Of a stretch of 64,000 nt of DNA, positions 53,189-62,858 are shown one piece after another. The DNA lies in NCBI GenBank assembly GCA_963811105.1, contig CAWEPZ010000011.1:96001-160000 (forward strand), written 5' to 3'. The stretch comes from Candidatus Bathyarchaeota archaeon. Its GTDB lineage: Archaea; Thermoproteota; Bathyarchaeia; Bathyarchaeales; Bathycorpusculaceae. The stretch's first letter is position 1. Every line of letters starts with the position of its first letter. The notes below the pieces were generated by a model. The model saw only the letters and a list, made by a program, of their open reading frames with translations, did no database searches and was not told the DNA's origin. The position numbers and the translations under genes are program-made.

Positions 53189-53857
53189 TTATTTAACTTG
53201 TGTTCCTGAGCTAGAAGGTTGCCACTTTTTCAGAAAAATTTGTGCTTCCTCTCTCAGGGAAGTTCTTGAACTGTTAATGTATTTTTGGGCAAACGCGACG
53301 ATTTGCTTTTTAGCTTCGATGTGGTCGAAAATGGTGTCAAAAGTTTTGATGGTGTGTTCTGCTATGACGAGTTTGCATTCCTCGGTTAAATGCGGTGTCA
53401 CTTTGAGGTTTTGCACTTTCAGCAGTTGTGCAGTTATCCTTTGAGTAAGATGGGGTTTGGCTAACGCAATTTTTGCTGAATTGATCACGACATTAGCCAC
53501 GGTAACCATGTACTCGTTGCTTAGGAGACTGTAGTATGTATCAAATATTGCGTCAAACTTGTGTTCCTTGTCAACTCTGGTCAGGTTTGCAATTATTGCC
53601 ATAGCATTCCAAGTTAGAATTCGGTGCTTACTGCCAAGGAGCTCAATAAAGGTGTCCATGTAAGGATAGAGTTTCTCTGGGTATTTCTCGCTTAAATCCA
53701 TCAATACTTTTCCGCAGCCATATCTAACCGTTGCATTAGACGAAGAAGTACCTTCCAACAATTTAGGAAGCAAATCAAAATCCGATTCAACCTTCTGAAA
53801 CAGTTGGGTTTTTGTGATTTCTTTGCTTTCAAGTTTCTTCAATAGATCATTTTCCAC
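53189..53857 (-). CDS. HEAT/ARM-repeat-like hypothetical protein
   Basis: All-helical pattern VRYGCGKVL..LSEKYPEKLYP...WNA..IIANL. Confidence 0.65.
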   Translation of the reverse strand: MENDLLKKLESKEITKTQLFQKVESDFDLLPKLLEGTSSSNATVRYGCGKVLMDLSEKYPEKLYPYMDTFIELLGSKHRILTWNAMAIIANLTRVDKEHKFDAIFDTYYSLLSNEYMVTVANVVINSAKIALAKPHLTQRITAQLLKVQNLKVTPHLTEECKLVIAEHTIKTFDTIFDHIEAKKQIVAFAQKYINSSRTSLREEAQIFLKKWQPSSSGTQVK

Positions 53858-53933
53858 ACTTATCCCTCAAACCATAAATAACCTCAGTGATCTAAGAAGA
53901 GTTCTGTTTTTTCGACAAGATTAATAGACTTTT

Positions 53934-54411
53934 TTAGCCATTCACTATTTGCTGCAACACTGTTTTCGTCGAGCAGAAGCCATATCGATTATAGAAAGGC
54001 AAAGCCTGTTCGTTTCCAACTCCAACCTCAACTATTTTGGCTACTGCACCCTTTTTGTCCATCCAAGTCAGAGCCTTTTTCATAAGGCTATCCCCAATGC
54101 CCAACCCTCTATAATTGGATGCAACGATATGGATTCAATTTCACCTGTTCTTTCCTCATCAACGCTGCTTACACAGTATCCAACGTTTTGCCCTGTCACA
54201 ATATCCATGGCAACATCAACTCTCAACACGCCATTTGCGGTTTTTTTAGCGAAGCAGCCTTTCTTTTTCCAAAACTCATTTCAGCGTAATACTGTCTAAA
54301 ATGCAGGGATAAATCAAAATGATGCTGATTCAAGCCTTCCCAAAGCAACCTAATACTATTTAGAAGATTTTCATTTTCAGAAAAGTACTGTATTTGCGGC
54401 TTATTCTGCAT
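53934..54411 (-). pseudogene. GNAT acetyltransferase, frameshifted
   Basis: LWEGLNQHH, VGYCVSSV..GEIESI, RGLGIGDSLM, GNEQALPFYNRYGF across frames. Confidence 0.75.
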
Positions 54412-54706
54412 GTTTTCACTTACACGCCATCCATCATTTCAACGATCTTTGCATAAAAACATATAGAACTTTGTTTGGTAATTCAAAAAGCCCAAATGGC
54501 AAGATTTCACCACCACCTCCTTTTTTTACCAAAAATTCTGCAACGCGGGATTTGCAAATCTTTCATTACAGTATTTGACAGATCAGAGAAGCCACAAGTA
54601 GAACTTCTGGGAAACGGTATTTCAAGCACGCCCTCAGTCATACGTTTCAGTAGCTATCCCCAAAATCTTAAATATGTAGATAAACTAAACTTATTTTAGT
54701 GATTTT

Positions 54707-54991
54707 ATGTCAAAACCAACTGAACCTATCAAAAAGAAAGAACTCGTCGGTATTCCAGAATACTTAGTCAAATTAGGTAGTTACATTGAGATCGGTCCTC
54801 ATGGCCGGATTCCCCTTAACTACGTCATACAGATAGACTTGGCTAAAGATAGGGCTGTCATTGACCGAATCAAAGGCGACCCCCAGTTTGCAGAGAGATT
54901 TACGGTGTCAGCTATAACTCCGCTGAAGCTCGGCGACATAGAGAAGATGAAGACTGGAACCGTCGCCATAACACTGAAGACAAAGGGATAG
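54707..54991 (+). CDS. 94-aa hypothetical protein upstream of the radical SAM gene
   Basis: ATG ORF with TATA-like sequence upstream, co-oriented and 35 bp from the rSAM ORF. Confidence 0.65.
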   Translation: MSKPTEPIKKKELVGIPEYLVKLGSYIEIGPHGRIPLNYVIQIDLAKDRAVIDRIKGDPQFAERFTVSAITPLKLGDIEKMKTGTVAITLKTKG

Positions 54992-55026
54992 ACTATAGTG
55001 CGGCAACGTGCCGCTTTTTCTATTTT

Positions 55027-56169
55027 TTGTTCCTCCATCAATTAACTTTACAGGAGAGCCAGTTGTCCTCCCAACCAGGATTCCCGTTTCTTAAGAACAT
55101 CGGTTTCATGCTTACATACAAGTGCACGATTTCATGTCCGCACTGCATAGTGGAAGCTGGTCCGAAGCGGAGGAAGGAGATGGGACTTGAGGAAGCATTG
55201 AACTGGATCCGCCAGGTGAGTTCCTACCGAAACAAGTACATCTTGAGCCTCGGCCTAACAGGGGGCGAGCCCTTTTACAACCTCGACAGACTCGAGGTGA
55301 TTTCGACCCATGCAAAGCGGCTTGGCCTTTTCGTCACCACGGTGACAAACGCCTTCTGGGCACCGACAAGAGAGCGAGCCCTGGAAGTAATGCAGAGGAT
55401 AGAGGGAATTCAGCTGATCTCCCTGAGCACAGACGCCCACCACTTGAAGCTGATCCCTATGGAAAACATAAAAAATGCAGCATGGGCGGCGCGCGAGACA
55501 GGGCATCTTTACGACCTAGCCATCTGTACCGACAGCAAGGATGACCCTTCCTTCCTACGGCTAGTGGAAAACCTGCGCGCCAGTGGTGAGGGGGAACACG
55601 TGAAGGTCACAGTCACCGCACCGGTCGGGAGGGCTCGGAACCAGATGGGGCAACTTAATTTCGCGACAGAAAGCGTGCCAGCTCGGGGTGGGTGCGTCTT
55701 GGCGAGTTCGCCGCTGGTATTCCCCAACGGGAAGGTCATAGGCTGCACCGGGGCCTTCGTCGCCCTCCCTCCGAACCATCCAATGCTCCTCGGAGACCTA
55801 CGGCAAGAGAGCCTGGAGACAATCTTGGACCGCTCCGAAAGTAACCCTTACGTGCACGCCATGAGACTCTGGGGGCCTTACGGACTCTCCGTCATCCTCA
55901 GGGAACATGGCTTCGGCAATCTATTGCCTAGGGAATACATTAAGGACTGTCCTTGTGATGCCTGCTACAAGCTCTTCACAGACCAGCGGCTTGTCAAGGC
56001 GCTGGATACCATCATGTGGGACGATGAGATGTTAAAGCTAGTCGCCTGTGGAAGGGCAGCGTACCTTAATGAGCCTGCCATGGCGCAGCGCCTGGGCCTT
56101 CCGATAGAGGCTCTAACACGCCCTTCCTTCAAAGAAGACACGGCGAAGGGTAGCAACAATTTGCAGTGA
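55027..56169 (+). CDS. Radical SAM enzyme with auxiliary Fe-S motif, EpeE/YydG-like
   Basis: CTISCPHC, TGGEP, TNAFWA, STDAHH, PVGRA, C...PNGKVIGC...CPCDAC; start uncertain. Confidence 0.85.
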   Translation: MFLHQLTLQESQLSSQPGFPFLKNIGFMLTYKCTISCPHCIVEAGPKRRKEMGLEEALNWIRQVSSYRNKYILSLGLTGGEPFYNLDRLEVISTHAKRLGLFVTTVTNAFWAPTRERALEVMQRIEGIQLISLSTDAHHLKLIPMENIKNAAWAARETGHLYDLAICTDSKDDPSFLRLVENLRASGEGEHVKVTVTAPVGRARNQMGQLNFATESVPARGGCVLASSPLVFPNGKVIGCTGAFVALPPNHPMLLGDLRQESLETILDRSESNPYVHAMRLWGPYGLSVILREHGFGNLLPREYIKDCPCDACYKLFTDQRLVKALDTIMWDDEMLKLVACGRAAYLNEPAMAQRLGLPIEALTRPSFKEDTAKGSNNLQ

Positions 56170-56213
56170 TCGCTCCGAGTTGCCTCGAAGCGCGCACTGT
56201 CAAAATCAAGGGA

Positions 56214-56245
56214 GAATCCTATCCCAACTCACCAGTAAAAAAATG
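56214..56245 (+). repeat. Dispersed junction element E (partial)
   Basis: GAATCCTATCCCAACTCACCAGTAAAAAAATG resembles copies A-D. Confidence 0.4.
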
Positions 56246-56423
56246 CTGAAATTGAGAACTAAAAATCTCGCTGTTTTCGTCTGGGATTCTACAAGGAAAG
56301 AGCAAATCGAGAACTAACAACTGAGCCTTTGTGTGCTTTTAGGAAAAGCTAATATGACATTATTGCAAATGGTTTTCTAATTTACGTGCGTACATTCGGA
56401 GCTGAAAAAGCATTAACAAGTAT

Positions 56424-57185
56424 GTGGGTCTTATTCCCATTGCCGGCATAGCACTGGCATTAGTTTTCGAACTTGCATTAGGCCTGAGAGGTCAATACGT
56501 TTTTAATCCGCCCTATCTGCTCTTGGCAATCTCCCTTACACTAATAAGCACAGTAGGGTTTATCGTCGCTTATCTCTCAGCGAAAAGTTACTTAGCAACG
56601 GGCTCCCTTGCTCTTCTGCTTCTAAGCATGGCGTTTGTAGTCCAAAGCGTCGTACCAATTGGAAACGGGTGGGCATCAACATTTTCGCCAAGTGCGACCG
56701 TTGCAATGGCCGCGTTAGGACTACTTGTGGGCTCTGTAATACAGTTACTCGCCGCAGCTCAAGCTTCTTTTCGTTCAGTGCCCATTGGGTCTGAACATAG
56801 AGAAGCCAGACTAACTATCGCCGGTTTAATGGCGGTGTTGCTAAGTTTGATTGTTGTGTTTTTGCCTTTTTCACCCGGTTTTCCATCACTTTTCGTGGAT
56901 TCCACTGGTGTCACTATGATAAATCAAATGATTTACGCAGCCGCCATCGGAGTTTTTCTTGTTGGTAGTTTTCTTTTTATGAGGCTTTATTCAAGGTCTA
57001 AAGCAAGTACCCTTTACTGGTATTCATTAGCGCTGTTACTCTGGGGAATAGGTACATTTGGCGTAGCTTGGCAGCTTCGATTCAGCGATATAGTGGCGTG
57101 GACGGGGCGGTTGGGGTGGTATTTTGGAAGTCTATATTATTTGATTGCCCTTCGAAGTACCCGAGAAGAAACCAATTCTCAATGA
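56424..57185 (+). CDS. Stand-alone MASE3-like membrane sensor domain
   Basis: VFNPPYLLL...VAYLSAKSYL..GS...LYWYSLAL...AWTGR, about 8 TM. Confidence 0.65.
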   Translation: MGLIPIAGIALALVFELALGLRGQYVFNPPYLLLAISLTLISTVGFIVAYLSAKSYLATGSLALLLLSMAFVVQSVVPIGNGWASTFSPSATVAMAALGLLVGSVIQLLAAAQASFRSVPIGSEHREARLTIAGLMAVLLSLIVVFLPFSPGFPSLFVDSTGVTMINQMIYAAAIGVFLVGSFLFMRLYSRSKASTLYWYSLALLLWGIGTFGVAWQLRFSDIVAWTGRLGWYFGSLYYLIALRSTREETNSQ

Positions 57186-57413
57186 GTAACATATTTTGTT
57201 TCTTCAGGCGAATTAAAGAAGACTACTTATACAGCTCGGGATTAGTGATTCTAAAAATTGGTGTGTCTCCTAATCGGCTAGCTTTCCTACGTTACCGCAA
57301 TCTGGATTTGTATAATGTTTGGGCTTAAGTATCTTCCTTTCAGTTCTTTGTAGAAGCATCAGTTGCAGTACCTTGCCAGAAGGATACTCAGCAGATCCTC
57401 CAATCCCTTCGTG

Positions 57414-57500
57414 CTCCAATCCACCGTAACTTTTGAGAACCAAGAAGGAAAAAGAACAACATTCACTATACGTTTACCCTCCCAAGAGAGCCAAACGGTA
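57414..57500 (+). pseudogene. Histidine kinase HATPase C-terminal fragment
   Basis: TVTFENQEGKRTTFTIRLP matches the kinase terminal GxGTTF.I.LP strand. Confidence 0.5.
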
Positions 57501-57751
57501 AATAGACTTACAAATCGGCTTACTTTTCTAATTCTTGCACAGCAAAAAATAGATTCTTGAAACTTAGTTCCACATGTTCGCTTCTTGAACTTTTCTGTTT
57601 TAAGGCTACTTTGTCTTTTTTCTTTAATATACGATTTGAAAATACTGTGCTTACAGGGTGTTTGCGTGTTTAGAGTCTGAGTCATTTACAGACTCATCCC
57701 AAGCGAGTTTGAATCCCTCTACATTGTAGACTTACTTCTTCTCGGAGTTGT

Positions 57752-57850
57752 TTGGGGATTCTAGCCCCAATTTAATAGTAAAATTGTTTTTCAGCCACCA
57801 CAATAATGCCTCTACAAAACAGTCCAGAGTTCAAATCCCAAAGGCCCACA
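57752..57850 (+). repeat. Dispersed junction element C, with tRNA-like arm
   Basis: GGGATTCTAGCCCCAATTTAATAGTAAAATTG, then GAGTTCAAATCCCAAAGGCCCAC. Confidence 0.55.
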
Positions 57851-57987
57851 ACTTGTCTGGGCTCCATTTTTGCTCTCTTCTTGGAATCTAGAAGTATCGC
57901 CGACTTCTTGATGAGTCTGAGTATTGATTATGACATAAGTTTGAGAATTCACAATACTTATAGTCATTTCACTTGCCATTCTAACTC

Positions 57988-60900
57988 ATGAGCAAAAGCA
58001 ATGCTCGCCGAGAAGCAAAATCTCAAGCAATTGAGACAACTTCTCCTATAATGATCGATTCAGCAGCTGTTGACAAAGAGAATTCGTTGCATATTTTACA
58101 CGTTGATGATGACCTTTGCCTTCTGGAAGTTTCAAAACAGATACTCACAATCGAGAACAATTTTGAGATCGATAATGCTACATCCGTTGATGAAGCCTTC
58201 AAAAAAATGGAACAGCAGACTTATGATGCGGTAGTTTCCGACTATGAAATGCCTCAGAAAAATGGATTAGAATTTTTAAAAGAGCTTAGAGAGCAAAAGA
58301 GGGGCATTCCTTTTATTTTGTTTACGGGGAAAGGCAGAGAAGACGTTGCAGTAAAAGCTTTGAATTTGGGCGCTGACAGTTACATCAACAAGAACGGTTC
58401 TCCAGAAACAGTTTACTGCGAATTGGCAGATGCCATAAACAAGACTGTGGAACGCAAGAAATCAATAGAACTGCTTGCTGCGTCAGAGTCAAAGTATCGT
58501 GCACTAGTTGAGAATTCACTTCAAGGAATATCAATTCTGCAAGCAACTCCGCTTAGGCTGGTTTTTGCTAACGAAGCTATGGGAAAATTGTTGGGCTATT
58601 CTTCTCAAGAGTTAATGTCGCTTTCGCCTGAAGGAATTATGGGTTTGGTTTATCATGAGGACAGGGCAGCTTTCTTTGGGCGTATGGAAAACCGTTTGCG
58701 GGGTGAACCAGCGGGAGCGTGCTACGAGTTTCGTGGAGTGCGAAAGGACGGCTCGATAATTTGGATGAGTGCACTCGCTAATCGAGTTGATTATGAAGGG
58801 CAACCTGCAGTCCAAGGCATGTTCTTAGATATTAATGAGAGCAAGAAGACCGAAGAGATTCTGCGTGAAAGCGAGGCGAGGTACAGAGAACTGGCAAATT
58901 CTTTGCCGGATATCGTTTTTGAGACTGACAAAAATGGGGAATTGATATTTGCTAATGAGAGGGCTGCCAAACTTTCGGGTTATTCTCAGGGGGAGCTTGA
59001 AAATGGGTTGAATATCATGCAGTTCCTTCTCCCTGAAGACAGAGAAAAAGCAATGAAAAACATTCAGCGCTTACTATCCGGAGGCAACTATGCCCCTGCT
59101 GAGTACACCTTCGTGCGGAAAAACGGAACCACTTTCCCAGCACTGATCACAGTAATCTCTTGTATATCCAAAAACAAGGTGACAGGCCTCAGAGGCTTAG
59201 TCTTAGATATTACTGAACGCAAGAAAACGGAGCAGAGGCTGGAAAAAGAGCAGCAGGAACTTAACCGCATTATCGATTCTTCTCCAATCATAATTTTCTA
59301 TAAAGATGCAGAAGGAAAATTCATACGTGTCAATGAAGCATTTGCTGAAGCGCAGAAAATCCCTAAAGAAAAGTTTTTTGGGAAAACAGTTTTTGACTTT
59401 TACTCCGCTGAGATTGCGCGGGGAATGGCAAACGACGACTTAGAAGTTTTAAGATCAGGGCGTCCCAGATTTGGCATAATAGAGCAATATGAATCCGCAA
59501 GCGGCATGAGGTGGGTGCAGACAGATAAGGTTCCTACTTTTGACAACAATGGCGTTGCAACTGGTCTTGTGGGCTTTGCTCAGGACATCACTGAGCGCAA
59601 GAAAGCTGAGGAGGTTTTGCGAGTGAGTGAAGAGAACTTCCGTTCATTAATTGATTCAATGGATGATTTAGTTTTTGTTTTGGGCTTTGATGGGATCTTC
59701 AAGAACTATCACCAGCCTTCACATAAAAAAGACCTTTACATCCCGCCAGAGAAATTTGTTGGGAAGCATTTCATGAACGTGCTTCCACCACAAGTGGCTG
59801 AATTATGTCATGCTGCTATGGAAAGAATTGAAGACTCTGGAGAGATTCAAGAATTTGATTACCCTCTGGAAATGAACGGTGAGCAGTCATGGCATAATGC
59901 TAGACTTTCGCCAACAAAAGACCAGTCGGGACGGAATACTTCAGTTACGGTTGTGGTTCGCAACATAACTGAACGCAAGAAAGCTGACCTGGCTCTGCTT
60001 GAGAGCGAAGGGCGACTTAGGACGATATTTGAAGGGGCATCTGATGGCATTCTTGTTGTTGATCCTAAGACAAAGAGGTTCGTTTTTGCTAATCCCAGAA
60101 TTTGTGAAATAACGGGTTATTCATTAAAAGAATTACTGAATCTGAATGTGAATGCCCTTCACCCTAAGAAAGATTTGTCTTATGCAACTGACCAATTGAC
60201 AAAGCAAGCACAGGGAAAAATAACTCTTGCACTAGATATTCCAGTTCTAAGAAAAGATAGAAAAGTTGTTTATTGCGACATTAATTCCAGGCTTGCAAAA
60301 ATTGGGGAACAAGAATATTTGGTAGGCTTCTTTAGAGATATCACCGAACGCAAGCGAATCGAGAAGTCGTTAAAAGAGTCAGAAGAGAGATTAAAGAGTA
60401 TTATTGAAAACTCAAGCGACCAGATATTCATGTTAGATAGGGACTGCAGATTCTTATTAGCTAATAAGAGCGCGGCAGATCTTTTCGGGAAATCTCCTCA
60501 AGAGATGGTCGGCAGGTCAATACCTGAGGTATTCCCGGAAATAATTGCAGCCCAATTCTCGAAAAATATCAAGAATGTATTTGGTACCGGCAAGAGCATG
60601 TTTATAGATGAAAAAATGGTTGCCAAAGGTCGTGAATTGTACACCAGTACCAGCCTAAATCCTGTCAGAAATGATAGCGGAAGAGTGATAGCAGTCACAG
60701 GGAGTCTAAGAGACATTACTGAGCGCAAGAACGCCGAAGAAAAACTGGCAAGTTTGAAAGAATTCGATGAAAGAATAATAGATTCACTCGAGGATGCCCT
60801 ATTAGTAATTGACCCCGACGACTATAAAATAATTAGTACCAATGAAGTGGCGTTTAAACAATTAAAGCTCAGAAAAGAAGAACTAATTGGAAAAACCTGC

Positions 60901-62577
60901 TATCAAATAACTCATCACTTATCTGCACCATGCCAATCTCCAGAACATGACTGCCCAATTCGGAGGGTGCTAGAAACCAAAGAAATCATAACGGTTGAAC
61001 ATAAGCACTTTGATGAAAACAATAATGAACGAATTGTGGAAGTTTCAGCTCGCCTTGTCAAAAACCCCGAAGGAAAAACAGTGGTAATTCACGTTGCCAG
61101 AGACATTACAGAAAGAAAACAGATGGAAACCAGGATTCGCGAAGCTGAAAGAAGATACCGGGCATTGTTTGATCAGGCACCAGTTGGTATTCTAGTTTTT
61201 GACGCTGAAACTGAAGTACTTGTAGATTTCAATGAGGTAGCTCATCAAGAATTAGGCTATTCCAGAGAAGAATTCGCGAAACTACACGTCTTTGATTACA
61301 AAGCAGTTGAAACGCCAGATGAAACGAGAGCTAGAATAGAAAAGGTCCTTCAAGAAGGCAGAGATGAATTTGAAACCAAACACCGAACCAAAAACGGTGA
61401 GGTTAGAGATGTCATAGTTACTTCTCAGGCGATTGAATGGTCTGGAAAAAAACTCGTCCTCAGCATCTACCGAGACGTAACGGAAGCCAAGAAAATTGAG
61501 ATTGCATTGATGGAAAGCGAAGCGAAGTATCGACAGTTAATTGAACTCGCCCAAGAAGGTGTTTGGGCATTAAATACCGATAGTCGCACTATTTTTGTTA
61601 ATCCACGCATGGCAAACATGCTAGGATACAGTGAAAGTGAAATGATTGGAAAAAATTTGGCTTCTTTCACGGATAATCCCGACTCTAATTTTGCTGTGCA
61701 CAATTTGGAAGAATGCAAACTAGGCAACCAGGGGCAATGCGAATTTGAGTTCACTCAAAAAGACGGCGCCCACATATATGCCAATATTGCAGCTTCATCC
61801 ATCAAAGATGACACGGGAAACAGCATTGGAACACTTGCAATGGTTGCAGACACCACTGAACGCAAGAAGATAGAAATAAATTTGAAAGAAAGCCACGACC
61901 GACTCGAAATGATGAACGAGAAGCTGCGTGTGGTGGGAAGCCTCACTAGGCACGATGTACGCAATAAGCTTTCCGCTGTGACTGGTTACGCGTATATTCT
62001 CAAGAAGAAGCATGCGGACCAAGCGGACATTTTTGATGGGTTGGTCAAGATGGAGCAGGCTGTTAAGGAAATTGTGAAGATTTTTGACTTCGCTAAAATG
62101 TATGAACAACTGGGCGTTGAAACGTTAAGCTATGTTGAAGTGGAGCGGGCTGTAGCTGAGGCAGTGGTTCTTTTCTCAGGGTTGACTTTCAGAGTCATTA
62201 ATGAATGTCAGGGCCTTACTGTGTTGGCTGATTCATTTCTAAGTCAGCTATTCTTCAATTTTATCGATAACACACAAAAATACGGCAAGAAAACTACCGC
62301 AATAAGAGTATACTTTGAGAAAGCCGAGCAGAATAAGCTTAGGCTGATTTATGAAGATGATGGGGTAGGAATTTCCGCAGAGGATAAGCTGAACCTTTTC
62401 AAAGAAGGCTTCAGCACTGGGGGCAGTACTGGATTTGGCTTGTTTTTGTCAAAGAAGATGATGAATGTTTACGGCTGGGAAATCCAAGAAATTGGCGAAC
62501 CGAGCAAAGGCGCAAAATTTGCAATAACCATTCCTAGAATTAATCAAAGCGGAAAAGAGAACTTTCGAATTGCATAA
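57988..62577 (+). CDS. Hybrid histidine kinase: REC, 9 PAS/PAC, HisKA, HATPase
   Basis: ILHVDDD...VVSDYEMP receiver; nine DITERK-like PAC ends; RHDVRN H-box; NFIDN, DDGVG, GFGL boxes. Confidence 0.93.
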   Translation: MSKSNARREAKSQAIETTSPIMIDSAAVDKENSLHILHVDDDLCLLEVSKQILTIENNFEIDNATSVDEAFKKMEQQTYDAVVSDYEMPQKNGLEFLKELREQKRGIPFILFTGKGREDVAVKALNLGADSYINKNGSPETVYCELADAINKTVERKKSIELLAASESKYRALVENSLQGISILQATPLRLVFANEAMGKLLGYSSQELMSLSPEGIMGLVYHEDRAAFFGRMENRLRGEPAGACYEFRGVRKDGSIIWMSALANRVDYEGQPAVQGMFLDINESKKTEEILRESEARYRELANSLPDIVFETDKNGELIFANERAAKLSGYSQGELENGLNIMQFLLPEDREKAMKNIQRLLSGGNYAPAEYTFVRKNGTTFPALITVISCISKNKVTGLRGLVLDITERKKTEQRLEKEQQELNRIIDSSPIIIFYKDAEGKFIRVNEAFAEAQKIPKEKFFGKTVFDFYSAEIARGMANDDLEVLRSGRPRFGIIEQYESASGMRWVQTDKVPTFDNNGVATGLVGFAQDITERKKAEEVLRVSEENFRSLIDSMDDLVFVLGFDGIFKNYHQPSHKKDLYIPPEKFVGKHFMNVLPPQVAELCHAAMERIEDSGEIQEFDYPLEMNGEQSWHNARLSPTKDQSGRNTSVTVVVRNITERKKADLALLESEGRLRTIFEGASDGILVVDPKTKRFVFANPRICEITGYSLKELLNLNVNALHPKKDLSYATDQLTKQAQGKITLALDIPVLRKDRKVVYCDINSRLAKIGEQEYLVGFFRDITERKRIEKSLKESEERLKSIIENSSDQIFMLDRDCRFLLANKSAADLFGKSPQEMVGRSIPEVFPEIIAAQFSKNIKNVFGTGKSMFIDEKMVAKGRELYTSTSLNPVRNDSGRVIAVTGSLRDITERKNAEEKLASLKEFDERIIDSLEDALLVIDPDDYKIISTNEVAFKQLKLRKEELIGKTCYQITHHLSAPCQSPEHDCPIRRVLETKEIITVEHKHFDENNNERIVEVSARLVKNPEGKTVVIHVARDITERKQMETRIREAERRYRALFDQAPVGILVFDAETEVLVDFNEVAHQELGYSREEFAKLHVFDYKAVETPDETRARIEKVLQEGRDEFETKHRTKNGEVRDVIVTSQAIEWSGKKLVLSIYRDVTEAKKIEIALMESEAKYRQLIELAQEGVWALNTDSRTIFVNPRMANMLGYSESEMIGKNLASFTDNPDSNFAVHNLEECKLGNQGQCEFEFTQKDGAHIYANIAASSIKDDTGNSIGTLAMVADTTERKKIEINLKESHDRLEMMNEKLRVVGSLTRHDVRNKLSAVTGYAYILKKKHADQADIFDGLVKMEQAVKEIVKIFDFAKMYEQLGVETLSYVEVERAVAEAVVLFSGLTFRVINECQGLTVLADSFLSQLFFNFIDNTQKYGKKTTAIRVYFEKAEQNKLRLIYEDDGVGISAEDKLNLFKEGFSTGGSTGFGLFLSKKMMNVYGWEIQEIGEPSKGAKFAITIPRINQSGKENFRIA

Positions 62578-62858
62578 ATAAACCTCATGGCCATGCCATT
62601 GAGGTTCGTCCCAAACACCAACAAAACTGGTAAGTGTCCAATGCCAACCTGTCTTTTCCGCAGCATATTTACTGACTCTTTTTGAAGAGTCAAACATCGT
62701 GGTTTCAAAAAGTGAGCAACAACCTAAGTAGCCCACCAAGCGTGTTTTTTTACTAGTAAAATTTTCCATTACTTTCCGTGGGATTCAGAGGCACAGGCAA
62801 ATAAACTATAATCACGACTATTTTGCCAAAATAGCATTAATTACAGCTTTAAAAAATT

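Noticed and set aside
55112-56159. Several antisense ORFs in the radical SAM gene
   Set aside because: Expected from high GC and few stop codons.
47745-57850. Complete tRNA genes at the T-arm-like sites
   Set aside because: No D-arm, anticodon arm or matching 5' acceptor strand upstream; recorded only as fragments.
59200-61870. Recurring ACTGA(A/G)CGCAAG nucleotide motif
   Set aside because: Encodes the DITERK ends of PAS/PAC domains.
62449-62769. Minus-strand 106-aa ORF
   Set aside because: Overlaps the kinase 3' end and has no recognisable family; possibly a fragment.
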